NCBI GenBank assembly: GCA_021324165.1 | Contig: JAJPJR010000022.1 | Location: forward strand, 11,168 to 75,167 | DNA from: Armatimonadota bacterium | GTDB taxonomy: Bacteria > Armatimonadota > Fimbriimonadia > Fimbriimonadales > ATM1 | Direction of reading: 5' to 3' | DNA length: 64,000 bases | Shown here: piece after piece, positions 27,587 to 36,771 of the stretch | Layout: each line of letters begins with the position of its first letter | Position numbering within the stretch: the stretch's first letter is position 1 | The notes under the pieces: model-generated | Told to the model about the DNA's origin: nothing | Database searches by the model: none | The model's input: only the letters and a program-made list of their open reading frames with translations | Position numbers and translations under genes: made by a program

Positions 27587-29176
27587 GTGCCTTTGATTTC
27601 GCGTGTAGGAAGACGCACGCGCCGCGCGAGGCTCGCGATGGCGGCGCTTTATCTTGTTTTGATCGCGGGCTCGATCACGATGGTGTATCCGTTCTTGATG
27701 ATGATCAGCACGGGAATGAAGGGCCCTACGGATCAGAACGACAACAGACTCGTGCCCGCATTTTTGTCCGATGAGTTTGAGATGTTTCGGAAGTTTGTGG
27801 ATGACAAATACAGCGGCAACCCGGAGCGGATCGCGCTCATTTATGGCGATGCGGCATCGTTTCAACTGATTTCGACTTCGCCGCCCGATGAAGTTGTGCA
27901 GGTGAACGTCCTGGCTGATTCCGAATACGTGCGCTATGAAACGTTTTTGAAAAGTTTGGCGCCCGACGAATGGGAAGCGGGTTTTCGGGATGCTCAAGGA
28001 AGGTGGGGTTCGCGGCTTTCGAGTTTGTATCAAGATTTTTTGCGAAAACAGTATGGAAGCGTTGATGCGGTGAACCGTGCGTATTTGGAACAGCACGTGG
28101 TTTTTCAAACGATTCAGCCGCCGGTAGAGCGTTTCGAAGTGAACCGGTGGGAGCCGAAGCCTGGGGCCAAATGGTCGGATTGGCTGAGGTTTCGCGAAAC
28201 GCTTCCGCTTTATTTTCGCATTCCGATTACGGTGCGGGGAATGTATCAGGCGTTTTTCCGCTCCAAATACAAAAACCGAATCCAGGCGGTGCCATCCGAC
28301 GTTAGGGGAAACGCGATGGATTTCTGCGATTTGGAGCCAGCAATCGGGTCGCGCGCGTTTCGGGAGTTTGAGGCGGGGGCGCTTCCCGATCGGTATCGGT
28401 TTCACAGCGCGGATGAAAAATGGCTTGAGGCCGGTGGAACCGGCGCGCCGCCGATTGCCGAATATGAAAGCAGTTTTGTGCGCCGGAACTTGGCCGAGCT
28501 GCGGCGCGATTATTCGGCCCGGAATTACGATCAAGTTTTGGATTATGTTTTGCTGCACGGCCGCGCGGTTTGGAACACGGCGTTGTTCTGCTTCTTGGCT
28601 GTGGCGACGCAGCTTATTGTGAACCCGCTGGCGGCATATGCGCTTTCGCGGTATCCGATGAAAATGACGGGAAAGATCTTGCTGTTCCTGTTGGCGGCGA
28701 TGGCGTTTCCTGCGGAAGTTACGATGATTCCAAGTTTTCTGCTGTTGCGCGATCTTGGATTGTTGAACACGTTTGCCGCGCTGGTGCTTCCGACGGCGGC
28801 CAGCGGCTACACGATCTATCTTCTGAAAGGGTTTTTTGACAGTCAGCCCCGCGAGCTTTTTGAAAGCGGCGCGATGGATGGTGCGAAGGAGTGGCAGATG
28901 TTTCGCAAAATCGCGATTCCGCTCAGCAAGCCGGTGTTGGCTGTCGCGGCGCTCGGGGCGTTTGCGGGCGCGTATGGCGCGTTTATGTATGCGTTCGTTG
29001 TGGCGCAGGACCAGCGGATGTGGACGCTGATGGTGTGGGTGTACCAACTTCAGGCGCGCGCGCCAAAAGCCACGACGATGGCGGCGCTCACCCTTGCTGC
29101 GCTCCCAACGGTGGTGGTGTTTCTGTTTGCCCAACGGGTGATCCTCCGGGGGATCATTCTTCCGGGCGAGAAGTAG
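27587..29176 (+). CDS. ABC transporter permease (carbohydrate MalG/UgpE-like) with a large N-proximal extracytoplasmic insertion
   Basis: One TM helix is followed by about 300 aa of soluble sequence. The typical MalG core then reads FPAEVTMIPSFLLLRDLGLLNTFAALVLP...ESGAMDGAKEWQMFRKIAIPLSKPVL (EAA loop). Confidence 0.8.
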   Translation: MPLISRVGRRTRRARLAMAALYLVLIAGSITMVYPFLMMISTGMKGPTDQNDNRLVPAFLSDEFEMFRKFVDDKYSGNPERIALIYGDAASFQLISTSPPDEVVQVNVLADSEYVRYETFLKSLAPDEWEAGFRDAQGRWGSRLSSLYQDFLRKQYGSVDAVNRAYLEQHVVFQTIQPPVERFEVNRWEPKPGAKWSDWLRFRETLPLYFRIPITVRGMYQAFFRSKYKNRIQAVPSDVRGNAMDFCDLEPAIGSRAFREFEAGALPDRYRFHSADEKWLEAGGTGAPPIAEYESSFVRRNLAELRRDYSARNYDQVLDYVLLHGRAVWNTALFCFLAVATQLIVNPLAAYALSRYPMKMTGKILLFLLAAMAFPAEVTMIPSFLLLRDLGLLNTFAALVLPTAASGYTIYLLKGFFDSQPRELFESGAMDGAKEWQMFRKIAIPLSKPVLAVAALGAFAGAYGAFMYAFVVAQDQRMWTLMVWVYQLQARAPKATTMAALTLAALPTVVVFLFAQRVILRGIILPGEK

Positions 29177-29230
29177 ACAACATTTGGCAGAAATCTTGCA
29201 TTTTGTTTTCAAAATGTGCGATAAACTGCC

Positions 29231-29464
29231 ATGCCCACAACAACCGATGCGGCCCGAATCCTTATCGCGGTCGGGCTGGGAATCTGCCTGCTGGGGGTTG
29301 GATTGCTGTTGTGGCCGAGCGTGTTCGGCAAGTTGGGAAAACTGCCCGGCGATGTGGCGATCCAAAAAAACGGCGCAGCGTTTTATTTTCCGATTGTTAC
29401 GTGCCTTTTGCTGAGCGCGCTGCTTACGCTGGTGATGTGGATCATAAGGTGGCGGGGCCGATGA
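29231..29464 (+). CDS. DUF2905 family small membrane protein
   Basis: It reads GKLGKLPGDVAIQKNGAAFYFPIVTCLLLSALLTLVMW, the DUF2905 pattern. Confidence 0.7.
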   Translation: MPTTTDAARILIAVGLGICLLGVGLLLWPSVFGKLGKLPGDVAIQKNGAAFYFPIVTCLLLSALLTLVMWIIRWRGR

Positions 29465-30171
29465 TCCGCGCGATAAGTTTCGATGCTGCCGGAACGCTGA
29501 TTGATCATCGCTGGAACGGCGGGCGCGCACTCTGCCATGGCCTGCGTGAACTTGGCATGGCGGCACCGGACGAGCGAAGCGCAATCGAAGCGTATGATCG
29601 CGTGAGCGCACGTTTGAGAGCGTTGCATGAAGAAGTGGAACGGCGGCGTGACGCTGGTGAAATCAAACGGTATTGGCGGACGGCGGCCGAGCAGTGGCTG
29701 ATCGAAATCGGCGGCGACCCGTGCCTTGCCACGGAACTGCAAGATGTGTGCGAGCGGAACGTTTTTTCTGCCGAGAACCAGATCTGGTCGCTGTATCCAG
29801 ATGTGATGCCTGCGCTCGAGGGGTTGAAGGCGAGGGGGCTGATCATCGGAATCGTCAGCAATTGGGATTCATCGCTGCACAAAGTGTTGGATGCGCTTCG
29901 GGTTGCGGACCGGTTCGATTTTGTGATCGCCTCGTTGGAACACGGCTGCGAAAAGCCAGAGAGACGGCTGTTCGAGATCGCCGAGAAACAGGGCGGGTTT
30001 TCGGCATCGGAAGCGCTGCATGTGGGAGATTCGCTCGAGGATGACTATTGGGGCGCGCTGGGGGCCGGGTGGAAGGCGGTTTTGTTGGATCGTTTGGGGG
30101 CGGGGTTTGGCGAAGCCAGGACGATTTCCCGGCTGGATGAACTGCTCCGGGAGGATGCGCTTTGCGCGTAG
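29461..30171 (+). CDS. HAD superfamily hydrolase (subfamily IA, haloacid dehalogenase-like)
   Basis: The ATG at 29461 overlaps the DUF2905 stop. It has ISFDAAGTLI (motif I), GIVSNWD (motif II) and HVGDSLEDDYWGA (motif IV). Confidence 0.8.
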   Translation: MIRAISFDAAGTLIDHRWNGGRALCHGLRELGMAAPDERSAIEAYDRVSARLRALHEEVERRRDAGEIKRYWRTAAEQWLIEIGGDPCLATELQDVCERNVFSAENQIWSLYPDVMPALEGLKARGLIIGIVSNWDSSLHKVLDALRVADRFDFVIASLEHGCEKPERRLFEIAEKQGGFSASEALHVGDSLEDDYWGALGAGWKAVLLDRLGAGFGEARTISRLDELLREDALCA

Positions 30172-31163
30172 CGGATTTTGATTACTGCCTTCCTGCCGAG
30201 GCGATTGCGCAATCGCCGATTGAGCCTCGCGATGCGAGCAGGCTGATGCTTTTAGATGCGAAGAGGCAAAGCGTGGCGCATCATGTTTTTCGCGATCTGC
30301 CCAGGCTGCTGCGTCCGGGTGATGTGTTGGTCATCAACAATACGCGCGTTACTGCGCGAAGGCTGAGAAGCAGACAGAAAAACTTGGAGCTGCTGGTGAT
30401 TCGCGATGTGGGGGATGGAGTTTTTGAATGTTTGGCAAAACCCGCAAAGCGGTTCCGCACGGGCGAGAAAGTTGAATTCGAAGGCGGCGTATCGGGCGAG
30501 GTGGTTGGAGAGACCCCATTTGGCGGAAGGCTGATGCGGCTTTCGGGTGCACCTGACTGGCAGAGTGTGGGACAGATTCCGCTCCCGCCTTATTTTCATG
30601 GGAGTCTGAGCGATGAATCGCGGTATCAAACGGTGTTTGGCACGACGCCGGGGAGCGCAGCCGCGCCGACTGCCGGCTTGCATTTTACGCATGCGCTGTT
30701 GAACGAGATTGCAGCGGTTGGCGTGGAGTTTGCGCAAATAACGCTGGATGTGAGCATTGACACTTTCAGGCCGGTGAGAAGCGAAACCGCCGAAGAGCAC
30801 GTGATGCACGGAGAGCGGTTTGCAATCACCAGCGATGCGGCTTCGAAGATCAACAATGCGAAAGGCAGGGTGATCGCGGTGGGCACGACGGCGGCGCGAA
30901 GTTTGGAATCTGCCGCAGCGGGCAAAACGCGCGTGGAGCCGACGGTTCGGGAAACCAAACTGTTTATTACTCCGGGCTATCAGTTCCAGGTTTTGGATGG
31001 ACTGATCACGAATTTTCATATGCCGCGCACTACGATGTTGATGATGGCTGCGGCGCTTTGCGGAACCGAAACGCTTATGCGCGCCTATGAAGAAGCGCTG
31101 AGTTGCGGTTATCGCTTTTTGAGTTTTGGAGATGCGATGATGATATTGGAGGAAACCGAATGA
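30162..31163 (+). CDS. queA: S-adenosylmethionine:tRNA ribosyltransferase-isomerase
   Basis: It has MRVADFDYCLPAEAIAQSPIEPRDASRLM, then AAPTAGLHFT, then VGTTAARSLES, then FHMPRTTMLMM. Confidence 0.9.
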   Translation: MRVADFDYCLPAEAIAQSPIEPRDASRLMLLDAKRQSVAHHVFRDLPRLLRPGDVLVINNTRVTARRLRSRQKNLELLVIRDVGDGVFECLAKPAKRFRTGEKVEFEGGVSGEVVGETPFGGRLMRLSGAPDWQSVGQIPLPPYFHGSLSDESRYQTVFGTTPGSAAAPTAGLHFTHALLNEIAAVGVEFAQITLDVSIDTFRPVRSETAEEHVMHGERFAITSDAASKINNAKGRVIAVGTTAARSLESAAAGKTRVEPTVRETKLFITPGYQFQVLDGLITNFHMPRTTMLMMAAALCGTETLMRAYEEALSCGYRFLSFGDAMMILEETE

Positions 31164-31729
31164 GAAAAGATGAGATTGATCCCCTGGCTTATATTGAAGG
31201 CGCGTTCATTGATACCTCGAAAGCGCAAAAGGAGCATTCAGGGAACGGCCATTCGACGCTGAGCACGGCAAAGCCGATGGTTGAGCCCAAAGCCGCGAAA
31301 CCGGTGGAAGAGCTTGGCGAACCGATCGAGGCGCCGTCGAAACTAAAAAAGACCGGGATGCGCGCGCCGCGCCCCCGAAGAGCGGCAAAGGATTCTGCGC
31401 GCTCGCCGATTCCCAAAAACATCGCGCACCTGATTCAGCGCGCGCCGCACAACCTTACGTTCTTGGCAAGCCTTTATGATGACAGCATCACACAGCGATA
31501 TTACAGTTCAAAATTCAAGGAATCGCGCGAGGAGCTGATTCGCCGGATGCTTGATCCGGAACTTAATTTGGAAGATACGGCGCGGCTTTTGGGAGTTTGT
31601 CCGGCGACGGTCAGAAGGTATACGAACCGAGGCTGGCTGAAGCATCATCGAACGAATGGGAATCAGAGAAGGTTTACGCTTTCGGGGATTGTGGAGTTTG
31701 TGGAAGCGTATGGCCGCAACCCGGAGTAA
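31160..31729 (+). CDS. Protein with C-terminal excisionase/MerR-type helix-turn-helix and a disordered N-terminal half
   Basis: The ATG at 31160 overlaps the queA stop, with GGAGGA upstream. The C-terminus LNLEDTARLLGVCPATVRRYTNRGWLKHHRTNGNQRRFTLSGIVEFVEAY matches the excisionase-family HTH pattern. Confidence 0.6.
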   Translation: MRKDEIDPLAYIEGAFIDTSKAQKEHSGNGHSTLSTAKPMVEPKAAKPVEELGEPIEAPSKLKKTGMRAPRPRRAAKDSARSPIPKNIAHLIQRAPHNLTFLASLYDDSITQRYYSSKFKESREELIRRMLDPELNLEDTARLLGVCPATVRRYTNRGWLKHHRTNGNQRRFTLSGIVEFVEAYGRNPE

Positions 31730-31735
31730 TCAAAC

Positions 31736-32914
31736 TTGCGGATTGCGATGTTTTCGGACAGTTATACGCCGATTGTGAACGGCGTTTCGGTGAGCATTCA
31801 GCTGCTCATCGAGGAGCTTCGCGCGCGGGGACATTCGGTACACCCTTATACGGCGGCGTACCCCGGCTACCGCGACGACGATCCGAACGTCGTGCGGTTT
31901 CGTTCCATCAGAACCCCATATACCGGCGATTATCCTTTGGCGATTCCGCCGTTTTATCAATATGTGCGCGGATTTCGGTCGCAGGCGTTCGATCTGGTTC
32001 ATACGCACACGCCGTATACGGTGGGGTATGTGGGCATGCGCTGGGCCGAGTCGGAACATCTGCCTTTGGTAAGCACCTATCACACGCTGTATGAAAAGTA
32101 TGTGCATTACATTCCGATGTTTCCAAAATGGTATGTGCTTTACAAGATTTGGAAACACACGAACTACTATTACAACCAGTGCCAACAGGTGATTGCGCCA
32201 AGCGAGGCAGCCAAAAAATCGCTGGCGAGGCATTATGTAACCAAGCCGATTACGGTGATACCCACCGGCTGCAAAGTGAACAGAGGTTTGGACCGGCCGG
32301 AGGCAAGGCGCGCAGCGGGGGTTCGTGATAACGAAAAACTCGCGCTGTATGTAGGGCGGATCGCGCGGGAAAAGAACATCGGTTTTTTGCTGGAGGCCGC
32401 AGCCATCGCGATGAGACAGAACAGCGCGCTTCGTCTGATTTTTGTGGGCGACGGGCCGTTTCGGGCTCGGAGCGAAGCGTATGCGCGGGCGCTTGGAATC
32501 GGGGATCGAACGAAGTTCGTGGGCGCCGTTCCGCGCGAAAGCGTGGAAACGTTTTTTGCGGCCGCCGACCTGTTTGTTTTTGCAAGTCAAACCGAAACGC
32601 AGGGGTTGGTGATCGGCGAGGCGATGCTGCATGGCGTGCCTGCGATTGCGGTGCAAGGAGGAGGCGCCGCGGCTGCAGTTGAAGATAACGTAAACGGGTT
32701 TGTGGTGCCGCCCGATGTAGGAATGTTTGCCGATGCGATGTTGAGGTTTTTTTCGAATGCGGCGCTGGCGGAGCGGCTGTCGAGGGGAGCGCGCGAATCA
32801 TCAAAAGGCTGGACGGCCGCCACCATGTGCGACGCCGTTTTAGAAGTGTATGAAAGAGCGGTGCATGAATACCGCGGCGGAGTCAAAACTTATGAGTATT
32901 CGCGAGCGGACTGA
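31736..32914 (+). CDS. Glycosyltransferase family 4 (GT-B, EX7E type)
   Basis: It has MRIAMFSDSYTPIVNGVS, then GRIAREKNI, then ASQTETQGLVIGEAMLHGVPAIA. Confidence 0.85.
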   Translation: MRIAMFSDSYTPIVNGVSVSIQLLIEELRARGHSVHPYTAAYPGYRDDDPNVVRFRSIRTPYTGDYPLAIPPFYQYVRGFRSQAFDLVHTHTPYTVGYVGMRWAESEHLPLVSTYHTLYEKYVHYIPMFPKWYVLYKIWKHTNYYYNQCQQVIAPSEAAKKSLARHYVTKPITVIPTGCKVNRGLDRPEARRAAGVRDNEKLALYVGRIAREKNIGFLLEAAAIAMRQNSALRLIFVGDGPFRARSEAYARALGIGDRTKFVGAVPRESVETFFAAADLFVFASQTETQGLVIGEAMLHGVPAIAVQGGGAAAAVEDNVNGFVVPPDVGMFADAMLRFFSNAALAERLSRGARESSKGWTAATMCDAVLEVYERAVHEYRGGVKTYEYSRAD

Positions 32915-33938
32915 GGCTTTCGAGCGCAAGACGCTTTCGAAGTTCGCGGCGTTTTCGGGCGAAAGCGCTGGCCGAAAAGTTCCCGAACCCGAAGACGAAA
33001 TCCGCACCTGCTTTCAACGAGACCGAGATCGCATTCTTCATTGCAAATCGTTCCGCCGGCTCATGCACAAAACGCAGGTTTTCATCCAGCCAAAAGGCGA
33101 TCATTATCGAACCCGGCTGACGCACAGTTTAGAGGTTGCGCAAATCGCAAGGACGATCGCGCGGGCCGTCCGCCTGAATGAAGATCTGACCGAGGCGATC
33201 GCGCTGGGACACGACGTGGGCCACACGCCGTTTGGTCATGCGGGCGAAGCGGCGCTGAACGATGCGGTGCTCGCGGCCGGAAGCGAAAACGGATTCAAAC
33301 ATTATGAGCAAAGCGTGCGTGTGCTGACGGTCTTAGAGAACGACCGAAAAGGGCTGAACTTGTGCTTGGAAACAGTTGCGGGAATCGGGGGCCACAGCAA
33401 AGGCAGAGCCGACTTGCAGAGCGGCGATACCGAACGAAGTTCCTCTTTGGAGGCGGAGGTTGTGCGGGTCGCGGACAGGATCGCGTATCTCAATCACGAC
33501 TTGGATGACGCGTTTCGCGCAGGCTGGTTTCAGCATCAGGACATTCCGCAAGAGATCGCCGCGATGGGCAGAACGCAGGGCGAACGGATCGGGTTTTTGG
33601 TGCAAGATCTGATCGAAACGAGCGCCGATTCGCCCTCGATAAGATTCAGCGAGGACACGCAGCAGCGAATAAACCTGATGAAAGAGTTTTTGTTTGAAAA
33701 ACTGTATCACGAGTATCCGCGAAGGTTTCCCGATGTGGAAAAAGCGCAAAAAGTTGTGACGCGGTTGTTTCAAAAACTGCTCGATGACCCAAAGGCGCTG
33801 CCGAGCGGGTTCGAAGGTTTGCAGGGCGCGATAGATTACGTTTCGGGAATGACCGATCGGTTCGCTTTATGGATGCACGAACAGTGGTTTGGCGAGCGCG
33901 TTGTGATTGACGAAGATGGTAGAATTGCGTCTACTTGA
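32892..33938 (+). CDS. dGTP triphosphohydrolase-like HD protein
   Basis: It has FQRDRDRILHCKSFRRLMHKTQVF, then RTRLTHSLEVAQIAR, then GHDVGHTPFGHAGE. The start is ATG 32892; 32850 and 32865 are alternatives. Confidence 0.8.
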   Translation: MSIRERTEAFERKTLSKFAAFSGESAGRKVPEPEDEIRTCFQRDRDRILHCKSFRRLMHKTQVFIQPKGDHYRTRLTHSLEVAQIARTIARAVRLNEDLTEAIALGHDVGHTPFGHAGEAALNDAVLAAGSENGFKHYEQSVRVLTVLENDRKGLNLCLETVAGIGGHSKGRADLQSGDTERSSSLEAEVVRVADRIAYLNHDLDDAFRAGWFQHQDIPQEIAAMGRTQGERIGFLVQDLIETSADSPSIRFSEDTQQRINLMKEFLFEKLYHEYPRRFPDVEKAQKVVTRLFQKLLDDPKALPSGFEGLQGAIDYVSGMTDRFALWMHEQWFGERVVIDEDGRIAST

Positions 33939-36106
33939 AGCTGGATCTTGAGACTTTAAACCCCGAACAACGCAAGGCTGTCGAGCATCCCGGCGGCCCG
34001 CTGCTGGTTTTTGCGGGCGCGGGAAGCGGCAAAACGCGTGTGATCACGTATCGTGTGGCGTGGCTGATCGCCAACGGCGTTGATCCTTCGCGCATTTTGG
34101 CTGTCACATTTACGAACAAGGCCGCGCGGGAGATGCGCGAGCGGATTGCGCAGCTGTTATCCGCGCGCGAGCGGGCAGTTTGGGTGGGAACGTTTCACTC
34201 GATTTGCGGACGCATTTTGCGTTCCGATGGGCACGCAATCGGCATTCAGCGCAACTTTGTGATTTATGACGATGCCGATCAGCTGTCGCTGATTAGAACG
34301 CTGATGAAGAATAAAGGCGTCGAGGATCGTTCGGTGAGCGCGGCTGCGATTCGCAACGAAATCAGCCGCGCAAAAGAGAGGTTGATCACATCGGAAAAGT
34401 ATCAGCATTGGGAGGGCGGATACGTGGAGCGGATGGCCGCGGAACTTTATCCGGCATACGAAGAGCATTTGCGAAAGAACAATGCGCTGGATTTTGATGA
34501 CATGCTTGCATTTGCGGTGCGGCTGATGCGCGAACGGCCCGAAGTCAGAGAAAAGTATCAAACGCGGTTCGAACATATTTTGGTTGACGAGTTTCAAGAT
34601 GTGAACCTTGCTCAATACGACTTAGTGAAACTTTTGGCAGAGAAGCATCAAAATATCACGATCGTTGGCGATGACGACCAGTCTATTTACGCTTGGCGCG
34701 GAGCCGACGTGGAATACATTTTGAAATTCGGTGCGGCATTCGCCAAAGCCACGATTATTAAGCTGGAGCGGAACTACCGCTCGACAAGAAGAATTCTTCA
34801 GGCCGCAAATGCGATCATTTCGCAAAACCGCAGCCGGGCCGACAAAAAACTTTGGACTGAAAACGACCACGGCGCGCCGATTTCGATCACCGAAGTCGGA
34901 ACCGAACAGGATGAGGCTGCGCTGGTTTGTGAAACGATTTCCGCGATGGCGGCATCGGGCGGACGAAAGTATGGCGACATTGCGGTGTTGTATCGCACGA
35001 ATGCGCAAAGCCGCGCCATTGAAGACTGTTTTCTTCGATACCGCATTCCCCATGTGCTGATCGGCGCGCAAAGGTTTTATGAGCGCAAAGAGATCAAAGA
35101 CCTAATCTGCTATCTGCGCCTGACGGCAAATCCGAACGACGATGTCGCGTTCGCGCGTGTGATCAATGCTCCGGCAAGAGGAATCGGCGATTCGACGCTG
35201 GGAAAAATCGCCGAGAGCGCATCGGGCAGAAGTCTGTTTGCCACGGTTTGCGACGGACAGTTTCAGTTGATGTTTCGCGCGCAAACGCGCCAAAGCCTGC
35301 GGCAGTTCGTGCGGGCGATCGAGGGCGCGCAGCGGATTGCGGAAACCGGGTCAACCGAATCGGTGCTCAGGCATCTGCTGGTGGAATCGGGCTATATGGA
35401 AGCGCTGCGTTTGGAGCGGTCGGAAGAGGCAAACGGCAGGCTCGATAACCTGCAGGAGTTGGTGAATGTTGCGGCACAGCACGACGCGACCGCCGACGAG
35501 CCGGGATTGACAAACTTTTTGCAAGAGATCGCGCTGCTTTCCGATGCCGACCAGTTGCAGGAAAGTTCCGATGCGGTTACGATGATGACGGCGCACACCG
35601 CAAAAGGGTTGGAGTTTCCCGTTGTTTTTCTGATTGGAATGGAAGAAGGACTGTTTCCACATTCACGATCCATGCAGTCGGACAAAGAAATCGAAGAAGA
35701 GCGGCGTTTGTGTTATGTGGCAGTAACGCGGGCGCGCGAAGAACTGCACATTACGTTTGCGGCGCGCCGAAGCACTTATGGTCAGCCGATGTTCAATGCT
35801 CCGAGCCGGTTTTTGCAGCCTCTTGCGGCGCACGAAACGATCAGTTTGGTTGCTGCGCAGCCTTCTGCGGTGCATGATCGCGGAATTCCGCCGCGGCGCG
35901 ACCCGGTTCCGATCAAGCCGCTCAGGCCGCCCGATTGGAAGGCGCCGTTTGAAGTGGGTCAACATGTGCGGCACGAAAAGTTCGGTGTGGGCGTGGTGGT
36001 GGCGTGCGCCCCTTTGCGCGATGACTGCGAGGTTACGGTGGCGTTTCCGGGCGTAACCGGAATCAAACGCCTTTTGCAATCGGCGGCGAAACTCGCATCA
36101 CCTTAG
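33935..36106 (+). CDS. pcrA: ATP-dependent DNA helicase PcrA/UvrD
   Basis: It has LNPEQRKAVEHPGGPLLVFAGAGSGKTRVITYR, then ILVDEFQDVN, then YRSTRRIL, then MTAHTAKGLEFPVVFL, then RRLCYVAVTRAREEL. Confidence 0.9.
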   Translation: MKLDLETLNPEQRKAVEHPGGPLLVFAGAGSGKTRVITYRVAWLIANGVDPSRILAVTFTNKAAREMRERIAQLLSARERAVWVGTFHSICGRILRSDGHAIGIQRNFVIYDDADQLSLIRTLMKNKGVEDRSVSAAAIRNEISRAKERLITSEKYQHWEGGYVERMAAELYPAYEEHLRKNNALDFDDMLAFAVRLMRERPEVREKYQTRFEHILVDEFQDVNLAQYDLVKLLAEKHQNITIVGDDDQSIYAWRGADVEYILKFGAAFAKATIIKLERNYRSTRRILQAANAIISQNRSRADKKLWTENDHGAPISITEVGTEQDEAALVCETISAMAASGGRKYGDIAVLYRTNAQSRAIEDCFLRYRIPHVLIGAQRFYERKEIKDLICYLRLTANPNDDVAFARVINAPARGIGDSTLGKIAESASGRSLFATVCDGQFQLMFRAQTRQSLRQFVRAIEGAQRIAETGSTESVLRHLLVESGYMEALRLERSEEANGRLDNLQELVNVAAQHDATADEPGLTNFLQEIALLSDADQLQESSDAVTMMTAHTAKGLEFPVVFLIGMEEGLFPHSRSMQSDKEIEEERRLCYVAVTRAREELHITFAARRSTYGQPMFNAPSRFLQPLAAHETISLVAAQPSAVHDRGIPPRRDPVPIKPLRPPDWKAPFEVGQHVRHEKFGVGVVVACAPLRDDCEVTVAFPGVTGIKRLLQSAAKLASP

Positions 36107-36682
36107 CGCACGGCGCAAACGGTTCATATACTCTTCGTGCGTGATTGTGATTGCTCCCAACGTTTTTAGGTGCGGTGTCATATATTGAACGTCGAAAAGT
36201 TCGACTCCTTGATCCCGAAGGTGTTCAATCAGTTTCCAAAGCGCGGCTTTTCCCGCGTCGGTTTTTGAATGGAACATGGATTCGGCCATGAACGCGCGCT
36301 CGATGCGGACGCCATAAACGCCGCCGACGAGTTCTTTGCGCCAGTAAGCGCCCGCTGAATGCGCTTTGCTTAGGCGAAACATTTCGCAATACGCGCGGAC
36401 AATCTCCTCGTTGATCCAGCTGCCCTCGGGTCTGTCGGCGCATCGGCGGATGATTGTTTCAAAGTCCGTATCGAATGCGATTTGAAACTGTTTAGACGTC
36501 CGCTTGAGCGACCTGCTTGCATGAAAGCCGTTCAGGGGAATCACGGCGCGGACCACGGGCTGAAACCAACCGATTTCGCCGTCTTCCATGGCCATGGGAA
36601 ATGCCCCGTGCCGATAGGCCCATTCAAGAGTGTCAGGATCGAGGATCATCCAGTTGATGCTCACGCGATTTGATCTTGCCAC
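36098..36682 (-). CDS. aat: Leucyl/phenylalanyl-tRNA--protein transferase
   Basis: It has AYRHGAFPM, then WFQPVVRAVIPLNGFHASRSLKR, then ESMFH. Confidence 0.85.
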   Translation of the reverse strand: MARSNRVSINWMILDPDTLEWAYRHGAFPMAMEDGEIGWFQPVVRAVIPLNGFHASRSLKRTSKQFQIAFDTDFETIIRRCADRPEGSWINEEIVRAYCEMFRLSKAHSAGAYWRKELVGGVYGVRIERAFMAESMFHSKTDAGKAALWKLIEHLRDQGVELFDVQYMTPHLKTLGAITITHEEYMNRLRRALR

Positions 36683-36771
36683 ATTGCGGTACGCTTTGGC
36701 GTGGAAATGCGGTTCAGCCCCTCATCCTTTTTTGGGCGGACCGCATGCAAAAGTTTTGCAATGGAGTCGGA

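Noticed and set aside
27359-29611. A 750-aa minus-strand ORF, the longest in the track.
   Set aside because: It is antisense to the ABC permease, DUF2905 and HAD genes, all of which have recognisable motifs. Its translation is a low-complexity R/H/K/Q-rich string with no motif. This is a typical shadow ORF in GC-rich DNA.
32892-36106. The dGTPase-like HD protein overlapping pcrA, considered as a possible nucleotide-depletion defence gene.
   Set aside because: It has the housekeeping Dgt-like architecture and sits in a core gene array (queA, GT4, pcrA). There are no mobile or defence neighbours and I see no features distinguishing it from the ubiquitous type.
36683-36771. A structured 5' leader of rng: ATGCGGT ... 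ACCGCAT stem with an inner GCCC/GGGC pair, considered as an autoregulatory element like the E. coli rne leader.
   Set aside because: It is a single 7-bp stem with a large loop and I could assess no conservation. It also overlaps the aat start region, so there is little to support a dedicated RNA element.
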